A stretch of DNA of 64,000 nucleotides, from NCBI GenBank assembly GCA_041600575.1, contig JBFIJV010000001.1, positions 33 through 64,032 on the forward strand, read 5' to 3'. Below the pieces are notes generated by a model. The model worked only from the letters and a program-made list of their open reading frames with translations. It did no database searches and had not been told where the DNA came from. How positions within the stretch are numbered: the stretch's first letter is position 1; each line of letters opens with the position of its first letter. The translations under genes and the position numbers were made by a program. Shown here in pieces: positions 36,761 through 44,739 of the stretch. Origin of the DNA: Gammaproteobacteria bacterium. Its GTDB lineage: Bacteria; Pseudomonadota; Gammaproteobacteria; Eutrophobiales; Eutrophobiaceae.

Positions 36761-36914
36761 TGATACGTCTGACTGTTCTTGCTATTGCTTGTTACGTTAT
36801 CTGGTTCTTGATTGTTCCATCAATTCTCATTTTACTCATAATCAGTTTTTGGACTGGTGGGTTGGCGATGGTGATGGAATCGATTGAGAAAAAAATAAGA
36901 GAGGTGAAGAAATG
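36760..36914 (+). CDS. Small hydrophobic membrane peptide (51 aa). Not in the ORF track
   Basis: TAATG coupling to the upstream gene and ATGA coupling to ruvC. Two TM-like segments. Confidence 0.35.
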
Positions 36915-37379
36915 AATATACTTGCGCTCGACCCGGCAACGCATTGTGGGTGGGCACATACTTGTGGTGCGTCAGGCGACTGGGACTTAAGTGTTCGCCG
37001 TGACGAATCCGGAGGTATGCGACTCATTCGACTTAATTCGAAGTTAAAAGAAATACACGAATCATTTGGTATCAGCCTGTTGGTGTATGAAGCAGCAAGA
37101 CACGCCATGCCCAAGATGCAAGGTGCGTTAGTGGTTCAATCCGAGTTACAGGGTTGTATCAAGTTGTTCTGTGAAACCAACGGTGTTGAATATCGTGGCT
37201 ACTCACCATCTGAAATCAAAAAGTTTGCAACAGGTAAAGGCAACGCCAATAAGAAGTTAATGGTTCAAGCTGCGCACGAACGATTTGGCAACGTGTCGTC
37301 AGATAATGAAGCTGATGCATTGTGGTTACTGGAGTTGGCCAAAAAGGAGTACGCGAAAGATGAACTACAAGAAAATTAA
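36912..37379 (+). CDS. RuvC-family Holliday junction resolvase
   Basis: 'ILALDPATHCGWA' (Asp 1), 'YEAA', 'SPSEIKKFATGKGNANKKLM', 'NEADALWL' (last acidic residue). Matches the phage RuvC-like fold. Confidence 0.7.
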   Translation: MNILALDPATHCGWAHTCGASGDWDLSVRRDESGGMRLIRLNSKLKEIHESFGISLLVYEAARHAMPKMQGALVVQSELQGCIKLFCETNGVEYRGYSPSEIKKFATGKGNANKKLMVQAAHERFGNVSSDNEADALWLLELAKKEYAKDELQEN

Positions 37380-37392
37380 TTAGAGGCTAACT

Positions 37393-37950
37393 ATGAATCC
37401 AGAAAAAGCACTCAGCAGATTGACAGCAAAGACCGGCGGCCTTGATGTGAATGTGCGTTCAACTGACAACACGTCTCTCAGTGGTTCAGATATTGCGTAC
37501 GCCTTGGGCGGTCTTAACCAGTTTGAGTCAAATTTAATATTGTATAAGTATGCGCAGGCTGATGATTCGTTATATGCCAGGCTGTTGCCCGACTGGTACG
37601 AACGTGTGCGTGTTGCGTGTTTGCGCGAGGGCTGGGGTAAGCATAGGAAAATACCTGACAACAGGTTGGTGTTACTTGCTCAAGCAACACTGGATGAATT
37701 TGTGGGTGATAGTCTTTGCAGGAAATGCAATGGAATTGGATCTGTAAGAACCTTAGATAAGATAGAGGTGTGTAGGACATGTGAAGGGAATCGAATACAG
37801 GCGTGGTCGTCTGCGCGTAGAGCGCGAAGTTGTGCAATGGATAGCCATAACTTTCGCAAGCTATGGAAGACACGTTACCGTTCGACGCTTGGCCGTCTAA
37901 TCAATATAGAACAGTACGCGTTATCGGAGGTTAAAAGGAGGCTGGGTTAA
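37393..37950 (+). CDS. Zinc-finger protein. Possible Q-like late antiterminator
   Basis: CRKC-x15-CRTC zinc ribbon in the C-terminal half. Position matches lambdoid Q except for the inserted minus-strand block. Confidence 0.3.
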   Translation: MNPEKALSRLTAKTGGLDVNVRSTDNTSLSGSDIAYALGGLNQFESNLILYKYAQADDSLYARLLPDWYERVRVACLREGWGKHRKIPDNRLVLLAQATLDEFVGDSLCRKCNGIGSVRTLDKIEVCRTCEGNRIQAWSSARRARSCAMDSHNFRKLWKTRYRSTLGRLINIEQYALSEVKRRLG

Positions 37951-38119
37951 CAGGTTGTCAGTTGGTTGCACATTAAAAATATGAACCCTAGAAGATACTT
38001 TTTGATACTTACCGCACGTGACAATAAGTTGGGACAGGGTGGTCATCACTCCACAGCACCACAACCTTCCGAGGAAGACTTTTTTATGCTCTCAAGAATG
38101 AGCCTGTCCCGATTTAATT

Positions 38120-38668
38120 TTACCATATAATTTCAGTGGGTGAGTCATCGCCTTTGCTGGCTTTTAGTTTGTCCGTGACCATACGTGCAACGTCTTGATT
38201 AATTTTATCCATTGCAACAGCTTTGTCAGTGCAATAGAACTCATGCGTAAAGTCGTCACCATCTTTGCGTACACCCTTGTATACTTGCGAAGTCAAGTAA
38301 GTATCTCGCTCAATCGAGACATGAAATACATCAAGCAACAACAGCTCGTGGTGTGTTGACTTAAACACGGTCTTAAAATCCAGAGCTGCCGACATATAAT
38401 TACGGTACATCGTGGGAATTATCCTGCAATACTGCGTTCCAAATAAAGCACCAACACGAACCAATATCTTTCTATGCTTCACGTCTTTTGTGATGCAGTA
38501 TTCTTGCCCGAATCTTACGGGCGAGAACTCAACTGTAAACAAAGCACAACGTGTATTTAAATAATCTTCAAGACGCTGCGTGAAGTCTTTACCGATTCGG
38601 TCGTCACCGCTTCCCAAATAATGCTCCCACTTAGTGGACTCAGACCATCTGGGCTTGTCCAGTCTCAT
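38120..38668 (-). CDS. Hypothetical protein (182 aa). Start placed at the Met preceded by the conserved box
   Basis: Conserved hairpin, box and RBS sit before ATG 38668. The ORF-track start at 38752 would include the regulatory box in its coding region. Confidence 0.5.
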   Translation of the reverse strand: MRLDKPRWSESTKWEHYLGSGDDRIGKDFTQRLEDYLNTRCALFTVEFSPVRFGQEYCITKDVKHRKILVRVGALFGTQYCRIIPTMYRNYMSAALDFKTVFKSTHHELLLLDVFHVSIERDTYLTSQVYKGVRKDGDDFTHEFYCTDKAVAMDKINQDVARMVTDKLKASKGDDSPTEIIW

Positions 38669-38674
38669 AATAAT

Positions 38675-38723
38675 ATCTCCTCTGTTGGTTGTATGATGTA
38701 ATGGGTAACTTAAATACCCATTA
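38675..38723 (-). promoter_or_regulatory. Conserved box plus hairpin, copy 1
   Basis: Minus strand reads hairpin(TAATGGGTA...TACCCATTA)-CATCATACAACCAACAGAGGAGATattattATG. Confidence 0.5.
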
Positions 38724-38758
38724 GGATTGACTCTCTTTCGAGAGCCAATCACTAATGA

Positions 38759-39289
38759 CTACTCAGCTTTTAATTTAGCCAGTAACTTCAAGGTAGGTTT
38801 GCGACACGTCTTACCTTGTGCCGTTCGTGTGTCAACACGTTCCTGTAAGTATGCGATAACCGCTTGCTTACCCACGAAACCCTCGTCAAGCATTTCTTCC
38901 AACCGCTTCGCAGATAGGCCAACGCCCAACTCCACTTCGTCACGCTTAACGTCTTCGCTTGATTTGCTGACAACAGGTTGCTCTGTCTTTTCGATTGCTA
39001 GTTCCATTGTACTAATCTCCTCTTTTGGTTGTGATTGATGTTCGACTGACTGTAACAGTTTGATTGCGCCTTGGGTAATTCCATTGCGCTCACCAACTGA
39101 CAACAGACTGTCAATTGCTTTCCTTAATGGGTAGTCAAGTGGTTTGCAATTGCGGTATTCTGCAATTGGAATCTTCTTGATTGCCACATCAGGATTGACG
39201 ACAACTAAACGTACGAACTTGTGCCCCTTAAAGGCGACACATGTTCGTATGCCATCGTTGAAGTGATAACGACACACTTCGGCTTGCAT
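38759..39289 (-). CDS. Hypothetical protein (176 aa). The in-frame internal start at 39007 carries its own conserved box, so there may be two products
   Basis: The TAATG-like overlap with the upstream gene supports the long form. The full box and RBS before Met 39007 support a nested 82-aa C-terminal product. Confidence 0.45.
   Translation of the reverse strand: MQAEVCRYHFNDGIRTCVAFKGHKFVRLVVVNPDVAIKKIPIAEYRNCKPLDYPLRKAIDSLLSVGERNGITQGAIKLLQSVEHQSQPKEEISTMELAIEKTEQPVVSKSSEDVKRDEVELGVGLSAKRLEEMLDEGFVGKQAVIAYLQERVDTRTAQGKTCRKPTLKLLAKLKAE
39013..39040 (-). promoter_or_regulatory. Conserved box copy 2, internal to ORF 38759-39289
   Basis: CATCAATCACAACCAAAAGAGGAGATtagtacaATG, in frame. Confidence 0.45.
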
Positions 39290-39290
39290 A

Positions 39291-40061
39291 TTACTTGCCT
39301 CCCATGAGTCTAGCAGTTACGTGCTTGGTCGCTGATTTCTTAAATGATGCTTTCAGACCACGCATAGTTTTGCTGCATACAACGTAACGATTAGTGCCAC
39401 CATTGCCGAATATCTTGGCATACACTTTTTCAACGTTATAAGATCTCCCATCACCGGGAATGAGTAACGCTAAGTGAAAATGGTTGTCATCAAGTTTCTT
39501 GCCGCTTACCACAACACGTTGTCCGTTCTTGTATTCAACGCTCAGACCACGCAATTGCTCTTTAAGTTTATGCAAGTTAAAGGTGATGCTTATTCCTTCC
39601 TCGCTAAAACGCACATCATCAATAGACTTGACCGACTGCACATAATTTCCACGATTAATGCATCGGGCAATGATACGGCCAAGGTTATCAACTTCCTTGC
39701 CATAACCGGACTCATCACCCCATTCAGCCTCATAAATAGCATGAGCGTTGCGGCTAATCTTGGCCAAGTATCTGTACATAGTATTTCCCATAAACCGGGG
39801 GAATATATGTTTTCTTCCTCTTGGCTTGCGTGACTCAAGCAAAATACGCGCCCTTCTGGTAATCGCTAAATCATGTAGCGTTGTAATTACACTCCATATC
39901 GACTCTGAATTACAATCCGGTCTGCCACCACGAGACTTCGTTTCATCGAAGTAAGCGATGTAAGTTTCTGGACTGTAATCGTAAGCCGCTTTCAGTAACG
40001 ACTTAGGTAGCGTATTAGCTGCCGGGTTAATAACCATGTCTATAACTTCTGCTCTTTCCAT
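39291..40061 (-). CDS. Protein with a HUH-like 'HFHLAL' motif and downstream Tyr. Possible rolling-circle Rep or relaxase-like nuclease
   Basis: 'NHFHLALLIPG' fits the HUHUUU pattern, followed by 'EKVYAKIF'. Conserved box before ATG 40061. Confidence 0.35.
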   Translation of the reverse strand: MERAEVIDMVINPAANTLPKSLLKAAYDYSPETYIAYFDETKSRGGRPDCNSESIWSVITTLHDLAITRRARILLESRKPRGRKHIFPRFMGNTMYRYLAKISRNAHAIYEAEWGDESGYGKEVDNLGRIIARCINRGNYVQSVKSIDDVRFSEEGISITFNLHKLKEQLRGLSVEYKNGQRVVVSGKKLDDNHFHLALLIPGDGRSYNVEKVYAKIFGNGGTNRYVVCSKTMRGLKASFKKSATKHVTARLMGGK

Positions 40062-40065
40062 AACA

Positions 40066-40152
40066 TAATCTCCTCTGTATTGGTTGTGGATTGTTTGGCG
40101 GTAGAGTACCCACCACACAACGTACTGTGATGTTCGTAGAACTCACATCACA
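40066..40152 (-). promoter_or_regulatory. Conserved box plus hairpin, copy 3
   Basis: hairpin(GTGATGT..ACATCAC)...CAAACAATCCACAACCAATACAGAGGAGATtatgttATG. Confidence 0.5.
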
Positions 40153-40172
40153 ATACGTTGTAGGGTTTGCAC

Positions 40173-40367
40173 TTATGAAAATTCATACTCAGGGTGATTG
40201 ACCTCGACCTTGTAACCAAGGCTCCGGATATGCCCCAGCGCATCTTTTGTGAGCGTCTTCGTGTTAGTTAATCGAGCAAAGACAAACGCATCTTTGTTAT
40301 CGGGGTAAAATCTTGCTTCACCATAAGTGTATTTGACTGTGACCTTGACTGTCATTTCGTTATTCAT
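40173..40367 (-). CDS. Small hypothetical protein (64 aa)
   Basis: Conserved box and hairpin immediately upstream. Confidence 0.45.
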   Translation of the reverse strand: MNNEMTVKVTVKYTYGEARFYPDNKDAFVFARLTNTKTLTKDALGHIRSLGYKVEVNHPEYEFS

Positions 40368-40371
40368 AACG

Positions 40372-40417
40372 TAATCTCCTCATAATAGGTTGGTGGATGT
40401 TGGTAGTAATACCTACC
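40372..40417 (-). promoter_or_regulatory. Conserved box plus hairpin, copy 4
   Basis: hairpin(GGTAG..CTACC)-CAACATCCACCAACCTATTATGAGGAGATtacgttATG. Confidence 0.5.
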
Positions 40418-40462
40418 AGTGAGAGGACTCTTGCGAATCCCCTCTAGCTAGGTACTAGCTTG

Positions 40463-41731
40463 TTACATGTCTACCATGTCGTGAGCATGGATGACTTCAC
40501 CAATATCTGGTGAACCTTGTGGCAACGACTTGTCACCACATGACAACCACACCACCGGATAGTCCGGCACTGTCGAAGGTATGTCATTGCTAGAAACGTA
40601 CAGGTCAGTGATATAGATAAAACAATCAGGCCGAATACCCTTCTTGGCAACATATTCAAACGCCGGTTTCAAACAAGTACCGCCTCGACCACTATACTTA
40701 AAGGTCAAGTCTTCGCCTTGTTCGAACTCGTGAACACAGTCCTCGTTAACATCACCATAATCGTTATAAATAACGGTTATTTTCCGAGGTCGTGTATCGT
40801 CTGCGATGGCCTGTATTTCGGAGGCAGATTGCTGCAACTGCTCGTCAGATACTGAACCACTGGTGTCAACTGCCAGAACTAATTCCCCTGTTTCTTCACC
40901 ATCTGGTGAAGGTAGGAGAACGTCGTCCAGTGAGTTACGGCGATTGAACCGTCTATATGACCAGTCGTCACGTGCTGGCTGCATGAAGTCACGCAGCAGG
41001 CTTCGCCAGTCCTGTTGAGGTTTCAATAGCTCGTCAATTTCTCCAGTGATACCACCTTTGCTATTGCCGGATAAACGTTCAGCCATATCAGCTTGACGAA
41101 TGTCAAGGTCATCAACTGCTTGGACTGGAACGTTACCGTTCAAGTCTTTAGTACCTACGACCTTGCCAGATTTCGGCTTGTCACCGTCGGCAATCTTAGG
41201 AGCGTCTATTACGCCACCGCAACCGCCGGGGTCGCCACCATCTGACAATCCGTTGTCACCAGATTGACTATTGTCACCTCCGCCTTCACTCTCACCTTCA
41301 CCCTCACCCTCACCTTTCGGTGGTTTTTCCATGTGGATGATTTTGTATATGTCCTCAACGGACATACCGCTGAATTTAGGTTCAAGCATGGCGCTAGCTG
41401 GTAAAGCACAACCCGATTTCTTACAAATCGGATTGATTGCGTAGTCACATGCCACGTTCCAATCATGTGGATCACGTTCGCCACGTCTAAGCGTATGCTT
41501 AAATGCTACGTGGGCAATTTCATGAGCCAACACACCAGCAAATTCATCAACCGGTAAATTTGAAACAAATTCACGGTTGTAATAAATCTTTACGCCATCG
41601 GTTGCACATGTATCAAAATCATTACGTTCTACCAAAGGTAGTTTCATAATGAGCGAACCAAAAAACGGCTGGCCTGTCATGAGTCGAATTCGAGCACGTT
41701 CTATATGCTTTTTTAACTCTGAATCATTCAT
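40463..41731 (-). CDS. Zincin metallopeptidase-like plus von Willebrand A (vWA, MIDAS) protein. Partner of the MoxR ATPase
   Basis: 'LAHEIAHVAFKH' HExxH. Gly/Asp/Glu-rich linker. 'LVLAVDTSGSV' DxSxS MIDAS. Start set at the Met preceded by the conserved box. Confidence 0.65.
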   Translation of the reverse strand: MNDSELKKHIERARIRLMTGQPFFGSLIMKLPLVERNDFDTCATDGVKIYYNREFVSNLPVDEFAGVLAHEIAHVAFKHTLRRGERDPHDWNVACDYAINPICKKSGCALPASAMLEPKFSGMSVEDIYKIIHMEKPPKGEGEGEGESEGGGDNSQSGDNGLSDGGDPGGCGGVIDAPKIADGDKPKSGKVVGTKDLNGNVPVQAVDDLDIRQADMAERLSGNSKGGITGEIDELLKPQQDWRSLLRDFMQPARDDWSYRRFNRRNSLDDVLLPSPDGEETGELVLAVDTSGSVSDEQLQQSASEIQAIADDTRPRKITVIYNDYGDVNEDCVHEFEQGEDLTFKYSGRGGTCLKPAFEYVAKKGIRPDCFIYITDLYVSSNDIPSTVPDYPVVWLSCGDKSLPQGSPDIGEVIHAHDMVDM

Positions 41732-41737
41732 TTTGTA

Positions 41738-41782
41738 AATCTCCTCTATGTTGGTCTGTGGATGGTGGTAGAAAATATCTAC
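41738..41782 (-). promoter_or_regulatory. Conserved box plus hairpin, copy 5
   Basis: hairpin(GGTAGATATTTTCTACC)-ACCATCCACAGACCAACATAGAGGAGATttacaaaATG. Confidence 0.5.
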
Positions 41783-41886
41783 CAACATGCTGTCGGGATT
41801 AACTGACAACATGTTGCTAAATACTCGCATTAAAAAGTTGGGGAGAGTACGCAGTCCTAAGACTACGCACCCTCCACCACAGGTGG

Positions 41887-42738
41887 TTACGACTTGATAC
41901 CCAGTTGCTTATCAATATCAGCCAATAATGCTTTAGCATCATTAGCTGCCTCGATTCTGCGTTCTGGATAATTTCGTAATTCGCTTGCTGTACGGCTACC
42001 GATTGACTCCATCAATCGTTTTGCCATATCGTTAAGCAATGGGTCGTTGTTGATATTCAACAAAGGCAGGATTTCAGCCAGTTCCTTGATATTCCCTATA
42101 AGTGAATCTCTAAAAATTGACTCAACGTCCTGCAGTTTATCAACTGCATGACTGACAGCTTTATGTAGACGCTGCCATACCTCGGCCAATGCTGCAGTTT
42201 CTGCAGATTTCACCTTCGACTCAACGCTATCAGCTATTGCTGATATTTCATCGTCATTCAGTGAAACACGAAAGTCACCGCCATCAGGCACTGGCAATAA
42301 TTCAACGTTGAAGTTGAATTTACTGGCAACATCTTGTGGGTAGTCTGCATCTTTATACAGACCGCCTAAGATGCGCTGAGCCATTGACTTCAATTCAGGA
42401 TATTTAGTAATGAAATTACTAACAGCCGAATCAAACTCATATTGCCATTTCCTCATACCGTCCCGGTATGCCTCGAATCCCACAATAGGCAATATTCTTT
42501 GCCCATTGTTGTCCCAAGGCAGTGTGTGCTCATAATGAAAATCACGAACCTGATTGACTACCTGACCGATACGACGAAAGTCGTCACCCTGAATGAGTAG
42601 CTTGTTGAATTTACCAACGTCACCAGTTGCAGAGTTGCTAACAGCAACCTGTTGTGTCGCTTTCTTATCGTATTTACGAGCTGTCCATTGACTAATGGAT
42701 AGCTGAACAAGCATTGCTTTCTCGTTTAATTTTGACAT
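41887..42738 (-). CDS. Hypothetical protein (283 aa) between the MoxR and vWA genes
   Basis: Conserved box and hairpin upstream. Confidence 0.5.
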   Translation of the reverse strand: MSKLNEKAMLVQLSISQWTARKYDKKATQQVAVSNSATGDVGKFNKLLIQGDDFRRIGQVVNQVRDFHYEHTLPWDNNGQRILPIVGFEAYRDGMRKWQYEFDSAVSNFITKYPELKSMAQRILGGLYKDADYPQDVASKFNFNVELLPVPDGGDFRVSLNDDEISAIADSVESKVKSAETAALAEVWQRLHKAVSHAVDKLQDVESIFRDSLIGNIKELAEILPLLNINNDPLLNDMAKRLMESIGSRTASELRNYPERRIEAANDAKALLADIDKQLGIKS

Positions 42739-42742
42739 GTCA

Positions 42743-42791
42743 AAATCTCCTCTATGTTGGTTTGTGGATGGTGATGTATTGAAAATACATC
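42743..42791 (-). promoter_or_regulatory. Conserved box plus hairpin, copy 6
   Basis: hairpin(GATGTATTttcaAATACATC)-ACCATCCACAAACCAACATAGAGGAGATtttgacATG. Confidence 0.5.
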
Positions 42792-42836
42792 GGGCTGCCC
42801 ACTACCTAAGTAGTGAGCAGTATCGATATATTCTCG

Positions 42837-43892
42837 CTAGAGAATTACGTCTTGATTTTCTACACACCAATTGACGTATGCTGTGGACTTAACAAAGTCC
42901 TCATACTGTCCGTTAGCCTTTTGTTTATCGGTCATTGTCTGGACTGAAAACACTTCGAACTCTTTGTCCAATCTTTTCAGGTACTGAATAAATTGGCTGA
43001 AATTGTTCTTGTCAGCGACATTAGCAATAGCTCCAGCTATTGCGTAAAGTGCTCCCATGCTGCCGTCGTCTTCTGGAATCTGAGCACCATTCGGGTCTCT
43101 CGCAATTTCATCGACATTTGGCAGCTTGCCCCAGAGACTAAGAAAAGCAGTTAAATTAACTGCTTGTTCTTCACCGACGCACCCCGATAAAGCCAAGAAT
43201 TGGTCTTTATCATCGTAGCCAAGTCCAAGCTCAGTCCCTGCATAATCCCAGTTTCTGGGATTAGGGTTGACCTTGGCAGACCTGTCGAATTGGCAAAAAG
43301 CAGGACTATTGAAGCGTAAATACGCTACAATCTGTGTTGGTATGTTGTGCTGAATAGCCCAAACACACCAACGGTCTAAGTCAGCATTGACTTCGACCTC
43401 TGATAGTCGATCAGACATTGCATTTAATGTCTTCTCGACACCAGAACCATGCTCGATGCCATTCGTTGCTAAGACAACGAACGTATCTTCTGGTAATCGG
43501 TAGTGACTACCGATACCTCGTTCATTGCTATTACCTAATTGCATTAGCACCTTTTGCATCCCTCGATTGGCCTGACCAAATTCATCTATGAAAAGAATTT
43601 GCCTTGGCTTGCTTGGTAGGATTGCGTTAGCAACCATGTCCACCGTTTTGTTGTCCCTGTCGTAGACAGGTAAAGCAAAATCGGTAGCCTCGTGCTGACT
43701 CGGACGAATCGTAATCACTTCGTCGTAGTGTTTAGAAACACTAGGAAGCGAATCAATCATCGCCGTTTTGCCGACACCCGGTTGCCCTTTCATGACAATC
43801 GTTTTTGCCCAACGCTTCGTCTGGTTGTAACTGTCCATACGAGCACCAAGAAAAGCAGGCATGTCATATATTGATTTAATTATCTGTTGCAT
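42837..43892 (-). CDS. MoxR-family AAA+ ATPase
   Basis: Walker A 'GQPGVGKT' and Walker B 'ILFIDEF'. First gene of the block, behind the conserved box. Confidence 0.7.
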   Translation of the reverse strand: MQQIIKSIYDMPAFLGARMDSYNQTKRWAKTIVMKGQPGVGKTAMIDSLPSVSKHYDEVITIRPSQHEATDFALPVYDRDNKTVDMVANAILPSKPRQILFIDEFGQANRGMQKVLMQLGNSNERGIGSHYRLPEDTFVVLATNGIEHGSGVEKTLNAMSDRLSEVEVNADLDRWCVWAIQHNIPTQIVAYLRFNSPAFCQFDRSAKVNPNPRNWDYAGTELGLGYDDKDQFLALSGCVGEEQAVNLTAFLSLWGKLPNVDEIARDPNGAQIPEDDGSMGALYAIAGAIANVADKNNFSQFIQYLKRLDKEFEVFSVQTMTDKQKANGQYEDFVKSTAYVNWCVENQDVIL

Positions 43893-43898
43893 TTGTGT

Positions 43899-43947
43899 AT
43901 CTCCTCATAATAGGTTGGTGGATAGTGCGAAATACGAATGTATTTCA
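43899..43947 (-). promoter_or_regulatory. Conserved box plus hairpin, copy 7
   Basis: hairpin(GAAATACattcGTATTTC)-GCACTATCCACCAACCTATTATGAGGAGATacacaaATG. Confidence 0.5.
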
Positions 43948-44330
43948 GTAAAGGCAAAAGCGAACTTGCGTTCGCCTTCACCTTTGGTGAAACACACTCA
44001 CCACGCCACAAGGAACACAAAGTGTTCCCTGTGACATAACCATTAAGAGGGAGATTATTTGGTGACAGGTTTACGTTCTAATCAGCCTCTAGCTGGACGC
44101 AGATTTGACCTGTCGAACCCCGACTCTACCGTCCTAATTACTAACGGTAGCCGTTACGCTGTGCCGACTCCGCAAACGAGAACTTCGTTCGCCTTATCTT
44201 TCGTGGCACTGAATGCTTCGCAGCAATCAGCAAGCTGAACCAACAGCTAATCAGTCGTCACCAACTCACTGGTTTCACCAGTTTCGGCAATTTCAGCATC
44301 CTGCTGAGCCGAGTTGGAATTGTGTATCTA

Positions 44331-44391
44331 AGTCCTTAATCTTTTTTTTCCCTTTTTCACTTTGTTCAAAAGGAAAAAAAAGTTAAGGACT
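44331..44391. repeat. Long AT-rich palindrome (about 20-bp arms, 20-nt loop)
   Basis: AGTCCTTAATCTTTTTTTTCC ...loop... GGAAAAAAAAGTTAAGGACT. Confidence 0.6.
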
Positions 44392-44488
44392 AATAGGTTG
44401 GGGAATGATAGTGGAGACAAGTTACACTTGTCAAGGTAGACTTGCAGGCCGTTATTCTCGATTGTACCAATCGAAAGTCTGGCAACGC

Positions 44489-44533
44489 GTTTCACGTGAA
44501 ACCCTTGACACACGCGAGTGATTATGGATAATA
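44489..44533 (+). promoter_or_regulatory. Sigma70-like rightward promoter with an abutting perfect 14-bp palindrome. Candidate late promoter
   Basis: GTTTCACGTGAAAC (44489-44502), TTGACA (44505-10), 17 nt, ATAATA (44528-33). Confidence 0.5.
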
Positions 44534-44562
44534 TCAATAATAGTATTGTAGACCTCCTCAAA

Positions 44563-44595
44563 AGCCAGACTGCTAAAGCAGTCAGGCTTTTTTTA
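44563..44595 (+). terminator. Rho-independent terminator 30-60 nt downstream of the candidate late promoter
   Basis: AGCCAGACTGC-taaa-GCAGTCAGGCT followed by T7. Confidence 0.6.
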
Positions 44596-44697
44596 TGCCC
44601 ATCACAAAGTGATGAACAACTGACAACCGGTTGCTCAACGTTCAAGGTCATAGACCTTGTTTGGTGGGACATACGCACAGCGTGCGTTGGTTTTAAA

Positions 44698-44739
44698 AAC
44701 CTATGGTTATTAAAACACTTGAACTTATAACCTATGGTT
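44698..44739. promoter_or_regulatory. Two copies of the palindromic site AACCTATGGTT, 31 bp apart. The second lies within TTATAACCTATGGTTATAA. Operator-like
   Basis: Direct reading. Lies in the leader upstream of the first late gene. Confidence 0.4.

Noticed and set aside
40463-43892. Calling the MoxR/vWA trio a named anti-phage defence system
   Set aside because: AAA+/vWA pairs are widespread chaperone-like modules. Nothing in the sequence identifies a characterised defence family. Kept as an open hypothesis.
38675-43947. Hairpins in the accessory block as intrinsic terminators
   Set aside because: None is followed by a U-tract on the transcribed strand. They sit immediately 5' of a conserved box and RBS, not 3' of genes.
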